Positions 25,501 to 36,025 of a stretch of DNA of 64,000 nucleotides are shown here, one piece after another. Each line of letters starts with the position of its first letter. Within the stretch, counting starts at the first letter, position 1. This stretch comes from Anthoceros angustus. Taxonomy: Eukaryota; Plantae; Anthocerotophyta. Where the stretch lies: the NCBI GenBank assembly GCA_010909165.1, contig VJWM01000205.1, positions 1-64,000 of the forward strand, given 5' to 3'. The notes under the pieces were generated by a model, which saw only the letters and a program-made list of their open reading frames with translations, ran no database searches and was not told the DNA's origin. Position numbers and translations under genes: made by a program.

Positions 25501-27340
25501 CGAAATCACAGCTACCTGGCCACCGTAATGGAACAGGCTACCTCTCTAAGCAAAGTGGCAAGCCTGCTGGTGGATGGAGCAAACGATGGTTTGTTTTGAA
25601 CCAGGCCACAGGGAAGGTACGGTGTTTTAAGCTGAACTTGGTTGCATGTTTGTGAGCTGATGCTTATCCTAGACTTCTCATCTTGGATGTGTTCTGCCAT
25701 CAGTTCTCGTACACCAAGAAGCCAGAAGAGTCACGGTTTCGTGCAACAATCAGCTTGGAGGTACACGGGGGCTAAACTGGGGATTGGGTCCCTCCTTGAG
25801 ACTGTTTGCACGAATTGTACCGACTTTTCTTGGCATGCTCAGGAGTGCATCATTGAGGATATTGAGAGGGAGCCAACTGAGGAGGTAGAGGAGAAGAAAA
25901 GGTCAAAGAAGTCTGCAGCCAATGGCCCTGATTCGAGAGCTACAACACCAAACCTTACTTTCAAAATAAGCAACAAAGTCCCATACAAGGCTCTTTTTAA
26001 AGGTATCAGCCGAGGTCGTCTAGTCCAGATCTCCTGTGAATTGTGTGTTGGAGTTCTGCCTTGGATCAATCAAATCTAAGACGCTGGGTGAGTAACATTT
26101 CCTTGTTGTGACTTGCAGCTCACACTTCCATTCTGCTGAAGGCAGAGACACCAGCAGAGAAGGCTGAGTGGTTAGCTAGGCTTAGGGGTTCTACTCAACT
26201 TGGAAAGGCACCTGCTTTGAGAGGTTCGGCTTCTACTGGTTCTTTGGCTGACACAGGTGCAAAAGAGCGGACAGCATTGGCGTCGAGCGATGGTCCTTTG
26301 GTACGTGTGGTAGTTATGCCTTACCATGATTTTTCTTTCCGAAGGATGGCCTGTTTGTTGCTTTGCTTATCTCGGCAGTAGTTTGGACTGATAGACGAAG
26401 CAAATGGCTAGGTCAACGTACTTTTGTGGGAGGCTGGACAACTCTTGGATACAGGAGAATTAACTGAACTTGCTTCCAGGAACCAGCCCTTCGGAGGCCT
26501 GCCGATCCAGAAGAAGACTTGAAGCTGATGTCACAAGAAGTACGCGACTATGTGGAAGCCGTGCTCAACAGTCTCGCGGCCAACATTCCAAAGGTTGGTT
26601 TTGCCGTTTGTGAATCGCAGCCTGTTTTCTGGAGCTCGGTGGTCATGGTGTTAATGCTCTTCTAAACTGGATGTCACAGGCTGTAGTGTTGTGTCAAGTT
26701 GAACGAGCTAAGGAGGCTATGCTTAACAAACTTTACAGCTCAGTCAGGTTTGCTTTCTGGAGTTTCGTGTGTGTGCTCCGAAGACGTAGTGGTTCCGGAA
26801 TCAGCTGACTTGGTTGCTTATCCGTACACAGTTCACAGTCGAACTCGAAGATTCAAGAATTATTGATGGAGGACCAAGAAGTGAAAAGGAGACGTGAGAG
26901 GGCCAAGCGACAGCACTCACTGCTGAACCGTCTTACCAGACAGCTCAGCTTGCATGAAGCCCGGGCTGCGAGCAGCTCTGGCTTTGGTGGGAGCGATGCC
27001 GGAAGCGGTGAGCATGTCAAGTCATAAAATGGACAAGGAAAGTATGCGGATAATGGCTGGTTTTAACTGAGACAGGCGTGCCGTTGTTTCCACAGGGTCA
27101 CCAAGTGTAGCAGCCAGTGAGGATTGGCGTGTTGCTTTCGAAGATGCAGGGAGTGTAAGCTCAAACGACTACTCGGATCCACCCCCGCGGGAGACCCCAC
27201 GCCCTTATTCTCGACAGGTAAATGGGGGGCAGCGTCATGAATATGAGGAGAACGGGGATTCGTTTGGCAGCAGGCGCAGTACGCCAACAAGACTACCTCC
27301 ACCGCCTCCTCCGGGCGGTGCACCAGTGTATAGATATTAG
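16572..27340 (+). CDS. DRP2: Plant dynamin-related protein 2 (GTPase-middle-PH-GED-PRD). 22 exons: 16572-16697, 17003-17053, 17447-17564, 17899-17997, 18232-18296, 18448-18565, 18651-18993, 19114-19261, 19361-19462, 19678-19797, 19886-19969, 20093-20220, [scrambled block], 25063-25147, 25286-25421, 25537-25616, 25704-25760, 25843-26002, 26119-26300, 26480-26593, 26680-26747, 26832-27007, 27096-27340
   Basis: The spliced translation matches plant DRP2: [61 protein letters not shown] domain [38 protein letters not shown]-terminus [22 protein letters not shown]. All introns are GT-AG. Confidence 0.97.
20328..25030 (+). repeat. Mosaic of same-strand DRP2 fragments joined at microhomologies, ending in a second copy of intron 9 to exon 12
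   Basis: Segments copied from the 5' leader, introns 3-12 and exons 4-13 and 18. Junctions share e.g. CTAAGTGTCT, GATGAGTTTT, TGTAAAACAG, TACCTGCTT, GTGGATCAA, TGGTTGTGG, GTATTTTGT, ATCAGCCG, ATGCAGAGC. Confidence 0.9.
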
Positions 27341-28388
27341 TAATTGAGAAGCTTTGCTGCCGGCGACCCGGGGCGAGTTGCTTCTGCTTGGTTCCGTCCT
27401 CACGGATATGACTTGCTTTTGGGGGGTTGGCGGGGGGTGAGGGAGGGGTTGGCGAAATCATTATTCTGGATGGATAGGAAGGATTGTAGGTAGGTAGGTA
27501 GCTAGTACGGGTACATGTGGGGCGCAGAGTATGCCTGTGGCATCGAAATTCTTGTTTTTGAGGTTGCTTGTATGACTTGGGTGCATCGCGCCTCGGAATG
27601 CACGACCTCCTAGATTGTTTCATATGATTTTTTCCTGTAGGACATATTGAAAGTGCTGGTGCACTAGGTAGTATGATGAGTATAGTTTGGTGCAAAGTTG
27701 GCTCTCGATGCAGTTAGAAGCTTGCCGAGCAAGGGAAGGGGCAGGAGCTATGGCCGTTGTTGACGGCGTTCGCTTCATTATAGGTGGGCTGATCCTTGTT
27801 CAGTTTGCAGTAGACGACGAGTTTCAAGGATCAAGCAGAGGCGAACGGCAGCAGCTGAGTTCCACTGACGGAATTTTTGCAGATCATCTGATTCGTAGGA
27901 AGTGAAAAGTGGTGGTGAGTGCACTAATGGTATCATTTTGGTGAAAATACAAGCCGTATTCCTCCCAAGGTCCTTGCAGACAATTACGTCCAGGTGCGCG
28001 CCTCCACAGCCTGGCCTGCAGGCTGCAACCGGTCAAGAAGACTTCGGCAACACATACAAATGGCTGACGTAATATGTTATCACAGGGGTCCACCTGCTAG
28101 TGCTCACCTCAATGCAACAGAGCCTGGCCGGACGGAGAAGCGTTCGAGGAATCAGGTGTGTGGTGGCGCCTGTTGAGAGCAAGTCACAGCAGACAGAAAG
28201 TTAGATCCCTAGGACAGCCTGAAGAATTCGGGGTTGCATATCCTGGGTATTATCAGTCAGCGCTCATGCAGGTGTGAAAATTGAGCACGTCCTGCGAGCT
28301 CGAACCTGTGAAGATCTGCATGGCGGCAGTGAGAGTGTGCGTGGAGCAGCGCAGCCCAGGCCCTCCCCCTCCGCCAGCAACAGTAGCA

Positions 28389-29483
28389 CTACAATCGTGG
28401 GTGGATGTTGATGGACTCCCGCCGACCCGTTTTGGTGAGAGAACCTCGGAAGTGCGGAACTGCCAGATCCCTTGAGGCGTAGGGCCCTGCGAATCCTGTC
28501 ACTGCCAAGCCTTCTTTGTGCTCTGGCACCAAAGGTCTGTTGCTCCCCACCGACGCTTGCCTGAAGCCTGCATTCTTGAGGTAGCCTTCCGTGCCAGGGT
28601 GTCTCGGGGACACATGGCTGCTCTCCGGGCTTGGTTCAGGAGGTTCCGGGATGACAATGGTCATCTCCGATACAGGCGGAAACACTCCCACCCCTTCAAT
28701 GTCCGGCGGAGGAGGCGGGGGAGGCCCCATGTAGTCCACAAGAGTGAAGGACCCATGTCTGTCCGCAAACCTCCTGCCGCACACAGAGCCTCGAAACCCC
28801 TGGTTCAGGAGCGACTCCCGCCTGCCTTCCCTGGACACGATCACCCGCTCCCCGGTGATGGTCACCACCGACCCCCGGGCCGAAAGCGGGGACGGGGCCG
28901 GCGGCGAGCCGGGTTCCTTGGGGGAATTCAGGGTCGATTTCCTCCCGGCATACGGAGGCGGGAGCAAACCCACCGACAAGCGCAACGAGCCCTTGAACCC
29001 CGAATTGAGAGGCGGCTGCTTATGCACCACCACCGACGTCTGTTCGTCCTTGGATGATTTCCTCTTCCTGCTGCCTGGATCGCTCTTCCTGCGCCGCACC
29101 GAACTCTTCCTCCTCGGGAAGGACGTGCGCCGGCTGATGCTCACTCGGGTGAAGCTCTTCTTGCTCTTGCGCACGTAGCGCACGTAGCTCTTCTTGAAGG
29201 AGGCTCTCCTGGAGGATTTCCGCCTCTGGCCGGTGACAGATTGGCGGGGCTTGTCCGCGGCCTGGGCCGCATCCAGATCCTGCCCGCCTGAGGCCTTGAC
29301 GGTGGTCACCAGCGAGCCGCGGAAGCCCGCGTTCAGGGTGGATTTGCGCAGGCCCCTGCCGCTGGCGGACCCCCTGAGGTTGCTGCCTGGACTCGCGGTA
29401 GTTCTCCAGGGGCTGCCGGCACCGGAGTTCCTGGCGGCGCTATTCGCTCTGGATTTCCGCTTCTCGTTGCCATCGTTCGTCAT
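28389..29483 (-). CDS. Uncharacterised basic, Ser/Arg/Pro-rich, probably disordered protein (364-aa ORF); may continue through small spliced exons to a stop at 27778
   Basis: Uninterrupted 364-aa ORF with high-GC codon usage and an internal repeated motif. Downstream GT-AG-flanked segments can be joined in frame (..LRPARLCCIE|ARLWRRAPG|HDLQKFRQW..GSAHL*), but their link to the long exon is unresolved. Confidence 0.7.
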   Translation of the reverse strand: MTNDGNEKRKSRANSAARNSGAGSPWRTTASPGSNLRGSASGRGLRKSTLNAGFRGSLVTTVKASGGQDLDAAQAADKPRQSVTGQRRKSSRRASFKKSYVRYVRKSKKSFTRVSISRRTSFPRRKSSVRRRKSDPGSRKRKSSKDEQTSVVVHKQPPLNSGFKGSLRLSVGLLPPPYAGRKSTLNSPKEPGSPPAPSPLSARGSVVTITGERVIVSREGRRESLLNQGFRGSVCGRRFADRHGSFTLVDYMGPPPPPPPDIEGVGVFPPVSEMTIVIPEPPEPSPESSHVSPRHPGTEGYLKNAGFRQASVGSNRPLVPEHKEGLAVTGFAGPYASRDLAVPHFRGSLTKTGRRESINIHPRL

Positions 29484-29747
29484 GGATGGACCTGCGCCGG
29501 GGAGCCTGCTGCCCTCACATCTCCCTCACATGTTTGTGCGTGTCGGTGAGGGAAGGGAGGAAGAAACGGTGAGGGGGGCGAAAGGCCGTGTTCGAGGAAG
29601 GCAGGCTTAACCGCCTGCAATTTCACCCCGTCAGGACCAGGGAACGACGCCACTCTAAGAATCTCAAGCGCCCAATGAGATATACATTGTAGCGCTGGCA
29701 ACATGAACACTTTGCCCTGCTGGGAGCGGCATAGCACGTCACCAAGC

Positions 29748-32700
29748 TCACAAATTTATTCCAGAACTCGGTTGTACAATTTGCGCCTGTGTCTGGGTCT
29801 GGGACTTGGTGCCAACGATGGATCTCAATCTACTCCCCACTTGCTCGAAGAAGACAGAAAACTGGCCTGCAAACCACGTCACCACAGGGACAAAGACCGC
29901 ATACCATCTAAGCCGCTGAGCTCAGGATGCAAATGGAGGAAGGGATTGGGTTTTGAAATTACGACCTGAGGTATTTGCTTGCCCGCCAGGCACCGATGCT
30001 TTGATTAGAAGGGATCCAGGTGCTTGCTGGAATACCTGATAGGCACGGTACACGGTTAGCTTTACTTGCTGCACACCACCACCTAATTAATATACCTCCT
30101 GAAAAGATCGTTGCTTTGACACTGACCGTAGCCTTGAAAGAAAGTTCCGTTGTCTGAACAGACCTTCCTTCGGATGGACAGACTGGGATCAAATTGTTTT
30201 CGAAGGACTCTCGACTTCTTTTCATCGGTGGACAAACCAAGTCTGTAGCGCCGGTGCATAAACGGAGGGATCTTACAGTGACGCAGAAGTTGGGGACGTC
30301 AACTGTACAGGACGCTCCTAGATCCTGCATCACCGAAGCTATCGTGTCCAGGACCTTGCAGACAATTACTGGGCCGGAGGGCCAGATAATAGTTGCAGGT
30401 AGGTTATGAAAGCAGTTTCTTGCTGTGCGACTGGGTGCTTCTTGTTTTCATTTTGGTTGGATTGTATGCTACCAAAACGAAATCACAGCTACCTGGCCAC
30501 CGTAATGGAACAGGCTACCTCTCTAAGCAAAGTGGCAAGCCTGCTGGTGGATGGAGCAAACGATGGTTTGTTTTGAACCAGGCCACAGGGAAGGTACGGT
30601 GTTTTAAGCTGAACTTGGTTGCATGTTTGTGAGCTGATGCTTATCCTAGACTTCTCATCTTGGATGTGTTCTGCCATCAGTTCTCAGACACCAAGAAGCC
30701 AGAAGAGTCACGGTTTCGTGCAACAATCAGCTTGGAGGTACACGGGGGCTAAACTGGGGATTGGGTCCCTCCTTGAGACTGTTTGCACGAATTGTACCGA
30801 CTTTTCTTGGCATGCTCAGGAGTGCATCATTGAGGATATTGAGAGGGAGCCAACTGAGGAGGTAGAGGAGAAGAAAAGGTCAAAGAAGTCTGCAGCCAAT
30901 GGCCCTGATTCGAGAGCTACAACACCAAACCTTACTTTCAAAATAAGCAACAAAGTCCCATACAAGGCTCTTTTAAAGGTATCAGCCGAGGTCGTCTAGT
31001 CCAGATCTCCTGTGAATTGTGTGTTGGAGTTCTGCCTTGGATCAATCAAATCTAAGACGCTGGGTGAGTAACATTTCCTTGTTGTGACTTGCAGCTGTCC
31101 ATTCACGACCAAGCTTCTGAACCACACGACCAGAACAGTGATCAGAAACGTGTGCCGAAAAGTAGGCCAAATAGATGATTCACAAAAGCAGTCAGTACGA
31201 ATATTTACCTCCAGCATAAAAGACGTGTTGTGTTTATGTACCGATAACTTCACGTCGGCAACGGCCTGTGAAGATGACCCGAATGACCAAGCTAGACCCC
31301 ATCGAGAGGTCCGACCCTGCACAAACTCTGTTGTCCGCAACATGAACACTTTGCCCTGCTGGGAGCGGCATAGCACGTCACCAAGCTCACAAATTTATTC
31401 CAGAACTCGGTTGTACAATTTGCGCCTGTGTCTGGGTCTGGGACTTGGTGCCAACGATGGATCTCAATCTACTCCCACTTGCTCGAAGAAGACAGAAAAC
31501 TGGCCTGCAAACCACGTCACCACAGGGACAAAGACCGCATACCATCTAAGCCGCTGAGCTCAGGATGCAAATGGAGGAAGGGATTGGGTTTTGAAATTAC
31601 GACCTGAGGTATTTGCTTGCCCGCCAGGCACCGATGCTTTGATTAGAAGGGATCCAGGTGCTTGCTGGAATACCTGATAGGCACGGTACACGGTTAGCTT
31701 TACTTGCTGCACACCACCACCTAATTAATATACCTCCTGAAAAGATCGTTGCTTTGACACTGACCGTAGCCTTGAAAGAAAGTTCCGTTGTCTGAACAGA
31801 CCTTCCTTCGGATGGACAGACTGGGATCAAATTGTTTTCGAAGGACTCTCGACTTCTTTTCATCGGTGGACAAACCAAGTCTGTAGCGCCGGTGCATAAA
31901 CGGAGGGATCTTACAGTGACGCAGAAGTTGGGGACGTCAACTGTACAGGACGCTCCTAGATCCTGCATCACCGAAGCTATCGTGTCCAGGACCTTGCAGA
32001 CAATTACTGGGCCGGAGGGCCAGATAATAGTTGCAGGTAGGTTATGAAAGCAGTTTCTTGCTGTGCGACTGGGTGCTTCTTGTTTTCATTTTGGTTGGAT
32101 TGTATGCTACCAAAACGAAATCACAGCTACCTGGCCACCGTAATGGAACAGGCTACCTCTCTAAGCAAAGTGGCAAGCCTGCTGGTGGATGGAGCAAACG
32201 ATGGTTTGTTTTGAACCAGGCCACAGGGAAGGTACGGTGTTTTAAGCTGAACTTGGTTGCATGTTTGTGAGCTGATGCTTATCCTAGACTTCTCATCTTG
32301 GATGTGTTCTGCCATCAGTTCTCAGACACCAAGAAGCCAGAAGAGTCACGGTGCAACAATCAGCTTGGAGGTACACGGGGCTAAACTGGGATTGGGTCCC
32401 TCCTTGAGACTGTTTGCACGAATTGTACCGACTTTTCTTGGCATGCTCAGGAGTGCATCATTGAGGATATTGAGAGGGAGCCAACTGAGGAGGTAGAGGA
32501 GAAGAAAAGGTCAAAGTCTGCAGCCAATGGCCCTGATTCGAGAGCTACAACACCAAACCTTACTTTCAAAATAAGCAACAAAGTCCCATACAAGGCTCTT
32601 TTAAAGGTATCAGCCGAGGTCGTCTAGTCCAGATCTCCTGTGAATTGTGTGTTGGAGTTCTGCCTTGGATCAATCAAATCTAAGACGCTGGGTGAGTAAC

Positions 32701-34139
32701 ATTTCCTTGTTGTGACTTGCAGCTGTCCATTCACGACCAAGCTTCTGAACCACACGACCAGAACAGTGATCAGAAACGTGTGCCGAAAAGTAGGCCAAAT
32801 AGATGATTCACAAAAGCAGTCAGTACGAATATTTACCTCCAGCATAAAAGACGTGTTGTGTTTATGTACCGATAACTTCACGTCGGCAACGGCCTGTGAA
32901 GATGACCCGAATGACCAAGCTAGACCCCATCGAGAGGTCCGACCCTGCACAAACTCTGTTGTCCGCAACATCGTCACCCCTATGGACCTCAGTCGTGCGG
33001 TCAACATCTTTAAATTTGCCTTCCGACCAACCATCGATGAGTACCACCTGATCACAGATAAGAATAAGATAACAGAGAAACATGCCTACCTCTGATGAGG
33101 CAATGGGTGTGGGTAAGGTAAGCTGCTCACTGTATTCTGTCCCTTAAAGCTGCACTGTCATCAATGATCTGTCGTATGAACTCTGCTTCTCCACCATCAC
33201 ACACCATCTCTTCCGCAGTTCCACCACAAGCTGTCCTTGGGTTTGCATTCGCCTCAGACATATCCTCGAAAAAAGGCGGGTTGCACATGCAAAAGTCGAA
33301 TTTCTCATCTTCCCCGACAACACCAAGCAGAACAGGTGGCCTGACACCATCCTGTTCAGCAGCTTCTTCTGGAACGTGAACTTGCCGAACCTCTATGAAC
33401 TCAGCTAGATGGGGGTTCTGTTCCACAATCCTCCTAGCTGACTCAATGGCAACAGGGGTGACATCTGCGAAGGCAAAAACTCCGATCAACTCAATGTCCA
33501 CACACACTTCCCACGCAGCATCGGCCATAACAGAACCAAAAAACTCACCTGTACCAACGAAGTGCCAACCATGCAAAGCAGCACCGAGCAGAGGATAGAT
33601 ACAGTTTGCACCGGTTCCGATGTCCAGCCCCCTGATATCCCGGTCCCCATCACCATGCCAAGGAGCCGGGCACAGGGGCAGAAGGTCTTCAATCCAATGA
33701 ATGTAGTTGGCCCTGTTGGGCACAGTAGGGCAGAGCTGTCCATCCGGTATCCACCTACCCAAGCACGAACAGGAGAGCGCGTTTCAGCAGCAGCAACGGC
33801 AAGCTAGCCTGCAGCAAGAGCCATGGACGAGTAATCGTCAAGCAAGAGCAGCTGCAACCCAGCAGCATGATTTAGGTCAAACAGGTGCAACGACGCTCAC
33901 CACTTGACGCCATAGTCATGCTGCAGCAGGACCCGTGTGAGCTCCCTGGTGGCATTGAAATCCGTCCAGTCAATCCTGGGCTTCCCGTTCCCACCCACGG
34001 ACACGAAGGCAGCAAACTCGGGGTACAGGGAAGCCAACAACCCAAAATTTGGAGCCCTATCAGCATATTTGTTCCGGGGATGCATCTCCCTGCTCCTCTT
34101 GGCCTTTTTAGGGCGCCTCGCAAGCTGCGGAGCTTCCAT
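29748..34139 (-). CDS. FIO1: U6 snRNA/mRNA m6A methyltransferase METTL16/FIONA1 orthologue; 3' half duplicated and interrupted in this assembly
   Basis: MHPRNKY, IDWTDFNATRELTRVLLQHDYGVKWWIPDGQLCPTVPNRANYIHW, motif I GLDIGTGANCIYPLLG, catalytic NPPF, TTEFVQGRTSRWGLAWSF, VFQQAPGSLLIK. Exons 34139-33901, 33754-33549, 33464-33131, 33047-32837, then from 32744 onward. TGA at 29750-29748. Confidence 0.95.
30355..31093 (+). repeat. Copy of DRP2 25375-26120 (end of exon 14 to intron 17, PH domain) inside METTL16 exon 5
   Basis: Near-identical to 25375-26120 apart from a few substitutions and homopolymer indels. Bounded by microhomologies ACCTT(GCAG) and TTGCAGCT. Confidence 0.95.
31993..32722 (+). 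repeat. Second copy of the same DRP2 PH-domain segment
   Basis: Same junctions as 30355-31093, with additional small deletions. Part of a ~1.64 kb tandem unit (29697-31336 / 31337-32970) joined at GCAACAT. Confidence 0.95.
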
Positions 34140-34905
34140 GGCGGCAGCAGGGCAATGCTTGGCTCTCGTCTCTACAAGTGGCTGGCTGCTCGCAGAAGGT
34201 GGGCCGAACTGTTGCAACTCCCATGCTTTTAAACCATGGAGCCAAAAATAAGGCTCGGCAACACAGCATTGCGGGCCGCGACAGGGGCCCACAGGGTGGG
34301 GCGGGAATCCGACCCAATTGGGCATCGCCGTTTGCTGAAGGAGGAGAGCGGAGCACGCTAATCGGCGGATTAAGCTGCGCCCTTTCCTCGGCGTCGGAGT
34401 CAGACACGGCCGGCAAACCCGCTACGTCTTCTCGTTGGTCGTCGTGGGACGCGGTCAGGTCTGTTTGGCTGTTTATTTGCAAGCAAGTTCGTGGCTTCTG
34501 GCTCCCGGAGCAAGAGGAAGACGACGCCGGGTCCGGCAGACCGGCGGGGAATTGCGGGCCTCATCGACGGCGATTCTGTCCGGAGCATGGCACGGGGGCA
34601 CCGATCCCGAGCGCGCTGGGCGGCCTCATCAGCATCAGCAGGAATCGGATTGCAACGGTTTTGGGCGGTTTCCCTTGCTCTTCGGCTCCAGTAACTGGTC
34701 AACAAGGCGAGCTAGAGGTGGGGGATTGTGTGCCCTTCCGCTTGCCTTCTGCCCACCAGCCCTTGCTTCCGCTCTTCTCTTCTCCGCTGCTCTGCTCTTC
34801 CCTGGTCTGCTGCGTTTTCGTTTCCATTCCTTCCCAATCCGCTGTGCCCTTGCCCGGTGTTTCTGAGGGGGCGGGGAGGGGTGCGTAGGGGAAGGAGGAA
34901 GAGAG

Positions 34906-35445
34906 ATGGTGGTTCAGGCGGAGGAGCATGGTGGGATGCTTGACAGAGGCAGAATGGGGGGCAGCGGGAAGCTGACGCGGGAGCAGATGGCGGAGCTGCG
35001 GGACATGTTCACCAGGTTCGACAGGGACAGGGATGGGAGCATCACGGAGCTGGAGCTGGGGTCTTTGCTGCGCTCGCTGGGGCTCAAGCCCAACACGGCC
35101 CAGATGGAGGCGCTGGTGCACAAGGCGGACACCAACAGCAACGGGCTCATCGAGTTCAACGAGTTCGTGGATCTTATCGCGCCCAGCGTGGCGCAGGAGG
35201 CGCCGTACGACGTGGAGGAGCTGCGGGCCGTGTTCCGGGCCTTCGACCGGGACGGCAACGGCTTCATCACGGCCGCGGAGCTGGCGCACTCCATGGCGCG
35301 TCTGGGGCACGCGCTCTCGGTGCGGGAGCTGGCCGCCATGATCAAGGAGGCTGACACCGACGGGGATGGCAGGATCAGCTTCACGGAGTTCGCGGCCGCC
35401 ATGTCCACGGCCGCGTTCCAGGCCCACCAAGGAGGATCGCCTTAG
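34906..35445 (+). CDS. Calmodulin-like protein with four EF-hands (CML17/18-like), single exon
   Basis: EF loops [60 protein letters not shown] and [11 protein letters not shown] are typical of the CML15-18 clade. Confidence 0.95.
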   Translation: MVVQAEEHGGMLDRGRMGGSGKLTREQMAELRDMFTRFDRDRDGSITELELGSLLRSLGLKPNTAQMEALVHKADTNSNGLIEFNEFVDLIAPSVAQEAPYDVEELRAVFRAFDRDGNGFITAAELAHSMARLGHALSVRELAAMIKEADTDGDGRISFTEFAAAMSTAAFQAHQGGSP

Positions 35446-36025
35446 ATTGTTTCCGGTTCCTCTACCACCTTTCTGTGTTCTGCAATATCACGACCGGGCC
35501 CGGCTTTTGTACAGCGTCCAGGTAGGGCGGGACCGTCTGTCGGTGGCATCATAGAAGCAGTGGCATCTCGGACGGAGATTGGAGGGGCTCATCAAGCTCA
35601 GTTACGTGCAACCCAGCAGCTACAACAAGCTCGAGTGCAAGGAAGTAGCAACAGAACTGCATCAACGCTAGGCTGGGCTGGCTTCCTCTCCTTGGGGAAC
35701 CACCAGCGTTGATCCCCAAAAATAAAAATGCCACAAGGTACGATACGTCTCGTAGGTTTCAGGCTCGGTTCTTCCTGTAGGAAAGTTTGTCAGGCTAGAC
35801 GGGAAATTGTCGACGGCTCCTCGTCATTGAGATGTAAATTGACGGGCGCTCTTACTCTTTTGCTACAACTTTGGCATTTGTTCTTGCCTACAACATAGGC
35901 AACTCTTGCATCGTGTGCTTCACAGAGAAGCTGAAGCCAGATAACTTACAAATCAACTTGACGAATTCATACTTTGACCGAAGCTCCGGACTCTGCTCCT
36001 GAAACAACCTCCAGCACTCTCAAAC

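Noticed and set aside
34699-35430. 243-aa and 164-aa antisense ORFs over the CML gene
   Set aside because: Shadow ORFs caused by high-GC codon usage of the real EF-hand gene.
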